DNA of 64,000 nt, taken from positions 43,967 to 107,966 of the forward strand of contig UQOE01000005.1 in assembly GCA_900542575.1 (NCBI GenBank). The letters run 5' to 3'. Below are positions 29,818 to 37,295 of the stretch, piece after piece. How positions within the stretch are numbered: the first letter of the stretch is position 1; every line of letters starts with the position of its first letter. The DNA comes from an uncultured Oscillospiraceae bacterium. Lineage in GTDB: Bacteria; Bacillota; Clostridia; Oscillospirales; Acutalibacteraceae. The translations under genes and the position numbers were made by a program. Below the pieces are notes generated by a model, which made no database searches, had not been told where the DNA came from, and was given only the letters and a program-made list of their open reading frames with translations.

Positions 29818-30588
29818 ATGAAACTCAGACAAAAATGGATCTCGGTCTTTCTGGCTCTGCTGTTTGTCTGCAGCACGTTTGGCTTTTCGACCGCAGCTTA
29901 TGCGGCAGAGACCGGACCGCAGAAAGATATGGTCATCTATGTCACAGTTGTAATAGATCAGAATTTCCAGACCGCCGGCGACAAAAAAGCCATGACCCGC
30001 CGTCCGGTGGTCGTCCGGGATGAGGACGGGGACGGAAAAGTCACGGTTCTGGAGGCGCTGGAACAGGTCCATGAAAAATACTGTCCCGGCGGTCTGATGA
30101 CCCGCAGTGAAAAATGCGGACCGGTCCTCTCCAGACTGTGGGGAAAGGACGTTCAGTCGTCCGGGTTTTATGTAAACAATGACCGTGGTTTCGCGCTTCG
30201 CGATACCCTGGATTTCTATGACGATCTCTACGTCTACGGCAGTTCTGGGATAAATGAGGACCGCTATGCCTATTTTGCGCAGAAAGATGCACAGACGGTA
30301 TGTCTGCGGGAATACCACATTCAGCTGTTCCAGAAAGTGCCGGATGAGAACGGCAGACTTCAGGAGGAACCCCTGAAAAATGCTGAGATTTACTCGCTGA
30401 GTCCCTATGGTGAGGAGACGGACACCCAGTACCACACCGATCAGAACGGGGAGGTAGATCTCATCTTCACGCGCTCCGGCGACTATTTCCTGACTGCAAA
30501 GACAAAAGACGGACAGACGCTTCCGCCCATCGCAAGAATCAAGGTCTCCAACGGCATGCTGTCGTATTTCCTGGGAGACGATTTTTAA
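29818..30588 (+). CDS. Hypothetical secreted protein (signal peptide, AYA|AE cleavage)
   Basis: N-terminal signal peptide. No family recognised. Occupies the position where rpe/thiN usually follow rsgA. Confidence 0.55.
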   Translation: MKLRQKWISVFLALLFVCSTFGFSTAAYAAETGPQKDMVIYVTVVIDQNFQTAGDKKAMTRRPVVVRDEDGDGKVTVLEALEQVHEKYCPGGLMTRSEKCGPVLSRLWGKDVQSSGFYVNNDRGFALRDTLDFYDDLYVYGSSGINEDRYAYFAQKDAQTVCLREYHIQLFQKVPDENGRLQEEPLKNAEIYSLSPYGEETDTQYHTDQNGEVDLIFTRSGDYFLTAKTKDGQTLPPIARIKVSNGMLSYFLGDDF

Positions 30589-30598
30589 GAAAGACACA

Positions 30599-30638
30599 GA
30601 CCGCATCCCGATGTGTTTCAGGATGCGGCCTTTTTTAT
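30599..30638 (+). terminator. Rho-independent terminator
   Basis: CCGCATCC-12 nt-GGATGCGG followed by CCTTTTTTATT. Confidence 0.8.
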
Positions 30639-30676
30639 TCAGTTGTGTGAACAGAACGTACCTCCTGATTTTGGCT

Positions 30677-30704
30677 TTGACAATATATACAATAAATATA
30701 TAAT
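30677..30704 (+). promoter_or_regulatory. Consensus sigma-A promoter TTGACA-16-TATAAT
   Basis: Perfect -35 and -10 hexamers in an AT-rich region upstream of the 30796 gene. The ~85-nt leader contains a perfect 10-bp palindrome CACAATTGTG. Confidence 0.7.
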
Positions 30705-30795
30705 AATGTAGAAGCAATTTGTATATATTTGTCACAATTGTGCGGACAACTACTGAGCCTGTTCCGCCTGTGACGGAGAAAAGGAGGAGAAAGAA

Positions 30796-31953
30796 ATGAA
30801 AATCACCGGACTGAGAAGGGTACTGTCACTGCTTCTCGCCGTCCTCATGGCGGCGACGACCGGCATTGCCTGTGCCTACGCAGAGAACAAGCCGAATTTC
30901 AAGCAGTATCTGGCTCCGGAGCGCATTGCGGTCGATCCGCCGGATTCCGTCATTGACGCAAACGGCAAAGCGAATTTCGGGACCTATAATGCTGAAATCA
31001 AAAACCTGAACCTCACAGATGTCAAAGGACAGTCGAACATTGTACCGGATTCCCTGAACGCGTCCCGTCTTACCCAGTGGGAGGCCCTGGAAGTCGATAC
31101 CAAGGAATTCACTTTGCTGAGTGCGGTACAGGAGCTCTCGGGAATCGGCGCCGTAACCATGACGCTTATCTATGTCAAGAGCGAGAAGAAAGTATACGCC
31201 TGGACCGGAATTGAGACCGCCTCCACCGGCAAGACTTCCGTCAACCTGTACGACGGCAGCAAGACCGTCGGTGTCAGCCCGCTGAACTCCATGGTCATTA
31301 CCAATGACTTCAACCATGGCAAGGCGGAAGGAAACGGTGCGGCTATCGGTCTGAACGGACAGATTTCCTATGACTACAAACTGACCCGTGTCTCCAAACC
31401 AAGCGTCATTGTATGCCCGTTCGGCGACAACAAACCGCTTTACACCCAGAAAGATCTGTTCAAAGCAGAGGGATATCTGACCTGGAACGGCAAGACCTAT
31501 ACGACCGACGAAAATTCGGTTGCCATTATCGATGACCATAAGGGCTATTATCCTTATAACTCCCACTATGACTGGGTCACCACAATGGGCAGGCGGCAGT
31601 ATGACGGCGGAAACAAATATTTCGGCATCAACCTGACGGACAACCAGTCTACCAATCCGGACAAGTATAACGAAGATCTGATCTGGCTGCAGAACGACTC
31701 CAGCCGTCTGACACCGGTCAAGTTCCAGCATCCGGAGTACAACCGCTGGACTATTCAGGATAATTACGGCATGACCAATCTTGAGATGGATATCGGCGAC
31801 CGCAACCTGATTCAGTTCGACCTCGGCGTTATCAAGATGGATTACCACATTACCTTCGGTACTCTGAAGGGCTATGTCTATGATGAAAACGGCAACAAGT
31901 ACGATGTCACCGGTATGCCGGCCATCGGCGAAGACCGCACCGTACGCATGTAA
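30796..31953 (+). CDS. Hypothetical secreted protein (signal peptide, ACAYA|EN)
   Basis: 385-aa, beta-rich, Asn/Gly/Tyr-rich. An AGGAGGAG RBS precedes it. It has its own strong promoter and terminator. No family recognised. Confidence 0.6.
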   Translation: MKITGLRRVLSLLLAVLMAATTGIACAYAENKPNFKQYLAPERIAVDPPDSVIDANGKANFGTYNAEIKNLNLTDVKGQSNIVPDSLNASRLTQWEALEVDTKEFTLLSAVQELSGIGAVTMTLIYVKSEKKVYAWTGIETASTGKTSVNLYDGSKTVGVSPLNSMVITNDFNHGKAEGNGAAIGLNGQISYDYKLTRVSKPSVIVCPFGDNKPLYTQKDLFKAEGYLTWNGKTYTTDENSVAIIDDHKGYYPYNSHYDWVTTMGRRQYDGGNKYFGINLTDNQSTNPDKYNEDLIWLQNDSSRLTPVKFQHPEYNRWTIQDNYGMTNLEMDIGDRNLIQFDLGVIKMDYHITFGTLKGYVYDENGNKYDVTGMPAIGEDRTVRM

Positions 31954-31970
31954 ATCCTGAATTTATGCAG

Positions 31971-32006
31971 ATTTCGGCCTCCGGGAGGGGGCCGAAATTT
32001 TTTTTC
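31971..32006 (+). terminator. Rho-independent terminator
   Basis: ATTTCGGCC-loop-GGCCGAAAT followed by a T8 run. Confidence 0.85.
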
Positions 32007-32025
32007 GTGAAAATTGAATGTTCAT

Positions 32026-32054
32026 TTGCTAATGGCATATAGATGGCGTATAAT
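32026..32054 (+). promoter_or_regulatory. Sigma-A type promoter TTGCTA-17-TATAAT
   Basis: Hexamers upstream of the 32088 gene. The ORF-track start at 32043 lies inside the -10, so the real start is more likely ATG 32088. Confidence 0.5.
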
Positions 32055-32087
32055 ACAAAAGAAATTATTCAGTGGAGGAGAGAATGC

Positions 32088-32876
32088 ATGGCGCAGGACA
32101 AGCACGCTGCGGGCAGGGCATTCGGCACCGTTCTTCTTACGGTGGTCGTAATGCTTCTGCTGCCCGTTCTCATCTTTGAGCTGTCTTTCTTCGGCAGTGC
32201 ATCCCGTTCCGATGACAGTCATCCGGTCACCTGGCGCGGGCAGTATCTGGTTCCGGTTTCTGACAGCCGTATGGCGGAAAAGGACAGCACTTCCCGGCTG
32301 CAGGCCGGTGACGTAGCTGTTGTTTCTCCGGTCTCTGACGGCATTTTTAAGAAAAATGAAGTGGTCGCTTACCGGAACGGAGACGGCCGTGTTCAGATCG
32401 GACGCATTGTCAAGACGGTTCGCCCGAAGAAGTTGGACAAAAAGAGCAAGAAGATGAAAGAGGACAAGGACGCCGATCCAACCGGCTATCGGGTGCGCGG
32501 CGACGCCGAGGACACCGACGCCGATGACTGCTATCTGGCACGTCCGAATGCTGTTCTGGGCCGATATGCTCTGGCGTTTCCCGGCAAAGCTCACGCCATG
32601 CATTTCTACGCATCTGCAGGCGGCCTCGTCGTCTGCGGCCTGCTTCCCATTCTGCTGATATTGGGTGCTGTATTTGGAATTCTGTTCCTGAATCGAGACG
32701 GCAGAGCCGGCACCAGGGAGGAGCTTCCGAAGTATCGCCCGGAGGACTTCCAGTTCTCCGACCCGGAAGAGGAAGAGTCCCTGCCGGAGCTTCAGTACGA
32801 CGAGCAGCGCCCCATCCATCTGGTTCAGGGCCGTGTCCTGCGCGGAACCGATCCGGAGGACCCCAAAAAGAAGTAA
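32088..32876 (+). CDS. Two-TM membrane protein with weak SipW-type (S26) signal-peptidase-like features and an acidic C-terminal tail
   Basis: N- and C-terminal TM helices flank a soluble domain with GDVAVV, GYRVRGD and VLGRYALAFPG segments reminiscent of SipW. A GGAGG RBS is 9 nt before the ATG. Confidence 0.5.
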   Translation: MAQDKHAAGRAFGTVLLTVVVMLLLPVLIFELSFFGSASRSDDSHPVTWRGQYLVPVSDSRMAEKDSTSRLQAGDVAVVSPVSDGIFKKNEVVAYRNGDGRVQIGRIVKTVRPKKLDKKSKKMKEDKDADPTGYRVRGDAEDTDADDCYLARPNAVLGRYALAFPGKAHAMHFYASAGGLVVCGLLPILLILGAVFGILFLNRDGRAGTREELPKYRPEDFQFSDPEEEESLPELQYDEQRPIHLVQGRVLRGTDPEDPKKK

Positions 32877-32895
32877 TCTTCACCCGGAGGATTTT

Positions 32896-34683
32896 ATGAT
32901 GGAACTCAAAGATCAAAAGGAAATTCTGGATATCGCCACAAAAGGCCTCTGTGCCGTTACGACGGAAATGCGCGTCGAGATGATCTCTGTCCCGAAAGAC
33001 GTTGACCGCATGGTCGTGGAAAACCTCTGCCTGACCGCAGACCACACCAATTACGATACGGACTTTCTCGCCAAGCGGACAGATGCAACCTTTGCCAAAA
33101 AGAAAGAGCTGATGCAGCAGTTAAAAGCTACGCGAGTCCTGGCACCGGCTGCCCAGTGGAACCCCGATTCCCCGGACGAGTATGAGGCCAAACTGGCCGA
33201 GATCCGTGCCGAGGACACCGAAAATCTGGACGCCCATGCTCTGCGGGAACTCATTACCCGCGGCCTGAAAGGTGTTGCTATGACGACCCAGCAGGCATAT
33301 GCCATCGGCTATGAAGACGAGGGCATTGACCCGTTTATCCAGCGCGTTCTTCAGAGAACTCTGAAATTCAAACTCAGCGTCGGCCTTCTGTTCAATCTTG
33401 CCATGGAAGTGGGCGGCTTCGGCTACCGCGCTATGGGACTTTTGGACAAAGCTTCCGTCGAACGCTATGGCTCTCCAAAGCTGACCAATGTAGAACTCGG
33501 CGTACGCAGCCATCCGGCTGTCCTCGTTGCCGGCCAGAATCTGCGCGTACTGGAGTGCGTGCTGAAAACGGCGGAAAATACCGGCGTAGATGTCTATACC
33601 TACGGCGAGCTGCTCTCCGCCCATGCCTATCCGACTCTGGCCGGTCTGGACCATTTTGCCGGCTCATACGGCAGCACTCCGGAACATCAGCAGGATGACT
33701 TCGCCGCATTCAACGGCCCTATCATCTATGCGGGCTCCGGTCTTCTGGAGCCGGATGAGCGCTACCAGGGACGTCTCTATACGGCAGGGGAGACGGCTTA
33801 CCCGGGATGCACTCATATTGACGCGGACGAAGACTTTTTCTTCGACTTCTCCGCAGCCGTGGAGCAGGCGAAGAACCTTCCGGCTCCTGCGGAGCTGCGC
33901 AAGGGTGAACTGGTTATCGGCTTTGCCCATGATCAGCTCTACCAGATGGCGGAGCGCCTGGTGGACGGCATGAAAGACGAGTCTATTTCACGCATGATCG
34001 CAATTGTCGGTTCCGACGGCACCGATCCCAAAAACAGCTACTATACGGAACTGGCCAAAGCACTCCCGAAAAACTCGGCCATTCTGACCGCCGGCAGCAT
34101 TGCCGAGCGCGTCAATTCGCTTGGACTGGGGACGGTTCATGGCATTCCGCGCGTGCTCTATGCCGGTCAGCTTGGCGACACCTATTCGGTCTGCATGACT
34201 GCCCTGAAGTTCCAGGCCGACCTTGAAAAGCTTGACATCAACGGCATCCCGATGACCTTCTGCGCCGCGGTCAACGATGAGCGCTCTCTGCTGGCGTTCC
34301 TGGTTATGATCTACATCGGCGTCAAAAAGATCGATCTGGGTCCGAATGTCCCGGACTTCTTCACCGACAACATCTATGGTATCTTTGAGAAGAACTTCAG
34401 CCTTACCCTTGCCGGCGATCCGGCGGCTGACGCCGAGGCCTTCTTTGCCAAAAAGGAGCCGTCCGGCGATGGAACGATCAGCACCGACATGCTTATCATC
34501 GACATCATTGAACAGTATCCGGAGGCCGCAAATATTCTGATGAGCTGCGGCATGTCCTGCGTCACCTGCGGTTCTGCGCTCTATGAAAGTCTTGCGGAGG
34601 CCTGCATGGTACACGGGCTTGACCCGGAGGACATCAAAGAAGTTCTGGACCATGAACTCGGCCTGGTGAAAGACGAAGACTGA
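32896..34683 (+). CDS. Hybrid-cluster-protein (Hcp/prismane) family homolog with apparently degenerate metal-ligand cysteines, fused to a C-terminal DUF1858-like CxxC redox domain
   Basis: Core segment LVAGQNLRVLECVLKTAENTGVDVYTYGELLSAHAYP...GSYGS...FNGPII parallels the Hcp region around the hybrid-cluster His. The N-terminal Cys4 motif is absent. The C-terminal 70 aa (MSCGMSCVTCGS...EAC) resembles the Hcp-associated redox-disulfide domain. GGAGG RBS. Confidence 0.6.
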   Translation: MMELKDQKEILDIATKGLCAVTTEMRVEMISVPKDVDRMVVENLCLTADHTNYDTDFLAKRTDATFAKKKELMQQLKATRVLAPAAQWNPDSPDEYEAKLAEIRAEDTENLDAHALRELITRGLKGVAMTTQQAYAIGYEDEGIDPFIQRVLQRTLKFKLSVGLLFNLAMEVGGFGYRAMGLLDKASVERYGSPKLTNVELGVRSHPAVLVAGQNLRVLECVLKTAENTGVDVYTYGELLSAHAYPTLAGLDHFAGSYGSTPEHQQDDFAAFNGPIIYAGSGLLEPDERYQGRLYTAGETAYPGCTHIDADEDFFFDFSAAVEQAKNLPAPAELRKGELVIGFAHDQLYQMAERLVDGMKDESISRMIAIVGSDGTDPKNSYYTELAKALPKNSAILTAGSIAERVNSLGLGTVHGIPRVLYAGQLGDTYSVCMTALKFQADLEKLDINGIPMTFCAAVNDERSLLAFLVMIYIGVKKIDLGPNVPDFFTDNIYGIFEKNFSLTLAGDPAADAEAFFAKKEPSGDGTISTDMLIIDIIEQYPEAANILMSCGMSCVTCGSALYESLAEACMVHGLDPEDIKEVLDHELGLVKDED

Positions 34684-34725
34684 TTGCCGAAGAAACTCTT
34701 CGTCTCCAATTTCATGAGAAACAGC

Positions 34726-34772
34726 AGCGACGACCAGCCTGTCCGGCTGATCGTCGCTCTTTCTCTGCCCTA
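34726..34772 (+). terminator. Rho-independent terminator between convergent Hcp-like gene and rnhA
   Basis: AGCGACGA...TCGTCGCT stem with a nested CAGCC/GGCTG stem, then a T-rich tail. Confidence 0.55.
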
Positions 34773-35222
34773 TTTTTTATATTTCTGGCTGGCCGCCACG
34801 GCGAGGGCATCACAGCGCTCGTTTTCCGGGTGCCCGGCGTGGCCGCGCACCCAGTGGATGCGAACTTCGTGTCGGGAAAGCTCCTGGAGCAGCGTCTCCC
34901 ACAGGTCCGCGTTCAGAGCGGGCTTGCCGTCGGCCTTTTTCCAGCCTTTGGCCTTCCAGTTCTCCGCCCATCCTTTGGTAATACCGTTGACAAAATACTG
35001 GGAGTCGGAATAGATATCTATGCTGCAGGGACGTTTCAGTGCCTGCAGGCCGACAATGACAGCGGTAAGCTCCATTCGGTTGTTCGTCGTGTTTGGTTCG
35101 CCGCCGCTGAGCTCCTTCTCAGAGCCCATGCTGCGGAGAATGGCGCCGTACCCGCCGGGGCCGGGATTTCCGGAACAGGCACCATCGGTAAATAGTTCAA
35201 CTTGTGTGAGTTTTGTTCCCAT
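34770..35222 (-). CDS. rnhA: Ribonuclease HI
   Basis: 150-aa protein with the [24 protein letters not shown] and [15 protein letters not shown] catalytic motifs. Confidence 0.9.
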   Translation of the reverse strand: MGTKLTQVELFTDGACSGNPGPGGYGAILRSMGSEKELSGGEPNTTNNRMELTAVIVGLQALKRPCSIDIYSDSQYFVNGITKGWAENWKAKGWKKADGKPALNADLWETLLQELSRHEVRIHWVRGHAGHPENERCDALAVAASQKYKK

Positions 35223-35274
35223 GTTGGCTCCAATCTATTATATAATAGAAATATCTTAGCATCTGGTGTCCAGC

Positions 35275-35303
35275 TTGACAATGGAATCCAAATTCCCTAA
35301 AAT
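35275..35303 (+). promoter_or_regulatory. Sigma-A promoter TTGACA-17-TAAAAT for rnj; -35 overlaps a divergent rnhA promoter
   Basis: Hexamers read directly. The reverse complement of the same region gives TTGTCA-17-TAAGAT facing rnhA. Confidence 0.5.
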
Positions 35304-35446
35304 TATACACCATACCTGTCTAGTTATGAACTTTTGATTCGGGAACCAACACACTGTCCGGTACGTGGGAAGCCAAGGGCTTCCGCCGGCCCACCGTTTC
35401 ATCAGATCACATAGAATATTGAAAATTTCATAGAAAGGAGAGTTCT

Positions 35447-37291
35447 ATGCAGCAAGAGAACTCGTCAAAGAAAGCTACTGCCGGAGCACCGAAAAAATCC
35501 GGCGGCAGCAGGTCCAATGCCAGGAACGCATCCAAGGCATCCCATCAGCAGCCGCAGAACAGCGCAGCCAAACGGAACGGAAATCAGAGAGGGCGGCGCA
35601 GAAAGGGCGGCAGAAAGAAAAACAGCCCGGCGGCACCATCCGTCAAAATCTCGTTTCTCGGCGGCCTGAACGAAATCGGCAAAAATATGACGCTGTATGA
35701 GTTCGACGGTGAGATGATCATTGTGGACTGCGGACTGGCCTTCCCCGAGCCCGACATGCTCGGTGTTGATCTGGTCATTCCGGACTTCACTTATGTCCAG
35801 CGCAATGCCGACCGCATTCGTGGCATTTTCATTACCCACGGCCATGAGGACCACATCGGCGGTCTGGCCTACCTGCTCAAAGTTGTCAACATTCCGGTCT
35901 ACGGCACGCCGCTTTCCATCGGCCTTATACGCGGAAAACTGGAGGAACACGGCATTCTGAATCAGTGCGACCTCCGGGTTATCAAACCGGGCGACACCGT
36001 AAAGCTCGGCCAGTTTGAGGTGGAGGCCATCCACGTCAATCACTCCATTCCCGACGCGCTGGCCTTCGCTATTCGCACCCGCGCCGGCGTTATCATTCAG
36101 TCCGGCGACCTGAAAATTGACACGACGCCTATCGACGGCCAGATGATAGATCTCGCTCGCTTTGCCGAGCTGGGAAAAGAGGGTGTTCTCGCCTATCTCG
36201 CAGACTCCACAAACGCGGAGAAGCCGGGCTATTCCCAGAGTGAGCGCACCGTTGGACAGTCGTTTGAGACCCTGTTTGCCAAGGCGGGAAAACGGCGCAT
36301 TATCGTCGCCACATTTGCCTCAAATGTCCACCGCGTTCAGCAGATCATCAATGTGGCGGTCTCACAGCACCGCAAGGTTGCCCTCTCAGGCCGAAGCCTC
36401 GAAAACGTCATGTCCATTGGCACGGAGCTCGGCTATCTCCATGTCCCGGACGGAGTCATGATCGGCATCGACGAAATCAACCGCTATGCGCCGGAACAGC
36501 TTCTTCTGATTACTACCGGAAGCCAGGGCGAGCCCATGTCCGCTCTGACTCGAATGGCTTTTAACGAGCACCGCAAGGTGAAAATTACGCCGAACGACTA
36601 CGTCATTATCTCGGCTAACCCCATTCCGGGCAACGACAAGGCAGTTACCCGTGTCGTCAACGAACTCCTCAAACACGGTGCAGAGGTCATATACGAGCGC
36701 ATGTACGAGGTACATGTCTCCGGCCACGCCAACCAGGAAGAACTGAAGATGATGCTCGGGCTCATTCATCCGAAATACTTTATTCCGGTACACGGTGAGC
36801 AGAAACATCTGAAGAAACACAAGGAACTGGCGGAGAGCATGGGAATTGAGCCCTCGCATATTATGATCAGCGACATCGGAAAGACCATAGAAGTCAGTGA
36901 AAACGGTCTGAAACCCGCAGGAACCGTGCCGGCAGGGCGCGTCTTCGTCGACGGCTCCGGTGTCGGAGATGTCGGCTCCATTGTCATGCGGGACCGTACC
37001 CGCCTTGCAGAAGATGGTCTTATTACGGTTGTGGTTGCAATGGACAGTGAGACCGGAGAAGTGGTCTCCGGCCCGGATATCGTATCCCGCGGTTTCGTCT
37101 ATGTCCGTGAATCGGAAGACCTCATTGAGGACGCCCAGTCCATGGCCATGTGGGCTATCGAGAACTGTCTGGTCAACGGCATCCACGACTGGTCAACCAT
37201 TAAATCCCGTATCCGTGACGAAATCTCGCGGCTGGTCTATGAGCGCACCAAGCGCAGCCCGATGATTCTTCCCATTATTATGGAGGTCTGA
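35447..37291 (+). CDS. rnj: Ribonuclease J (metallo-beta-lactamase/beta-CASP) with a ~65-aa basic low-complexity N-terminal extension
   Basis: Motifs HGHEDHIGG, beta-CASP and a C-terminal domain. The conserved core starts at ...VKISFLGGLNEIGKNM after a Lys/Arg/Gln/Ser-rich leader. GGAGAG RBS. Confidence 0.9.
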   Translation: MQQENSSKKATAGAPKKSGGSRSNARNASKASHQQPQNSAAKRNGNQRGRRRKGGRKKNSPAAPSVKISFLGGLNEIGKNMTLYEFDGEMIIVDCGLAFPEPDMLGVDLVIPDFTYVQRNADRIRGIFITHGHEDHIGGLAYLLKVVNIPVYGTPLSIGLIRGKLEEHGILNQCDLRVIKPGDTVKLGQFEVEAIHVNHSIPDALAFAIRTRAGVIIQSGDLKIDTTPIDGQMIDLARFAELGKEGVLAYLADSTNAEKPGYSQSERTVGQSFETLFAKAGKRRIIVATFASNVHRVQQIINVAVSQHRKVALSGRSLENVMSIGTELGYLHVPDGVMIGIDEINRYAPEQLLLITTGSQGEPMSALTRMAFNEHRKVKITPNDYVIISANPIPGNDKAVTRVVNELLKHGAEVIYERMYEVHVSGHANQEELKMMLGLIHPKYFIPVHGEQKHLKKHKELAESMGIEPSHIMISDIGKTIEVSENGLKPAGTVPAGRVFVDGSGVGDVGSIVMRDRTRLAEDGLITVVVAMDSETGEVVSGPDIVSRGFVYVRESEDLIEDAQSMAMWAIENCLVNGIHDWSTIKSRIRDEISRLVYERTKRSPMILPIIMEV

Positions 37292-37295
37292 CGTC

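Noticed and set aside
32043-32087. ORF-track start (MAYNTKEIIQWRRECMAQ...) for the membrane-protein gene
   Set aside because: This ATG lies inside the putative -10 (TATAAT at 32049-32054) and has no RBS. ATG 32088, preceded by GGAGG at 9-nt spacing, is the more plausible start.
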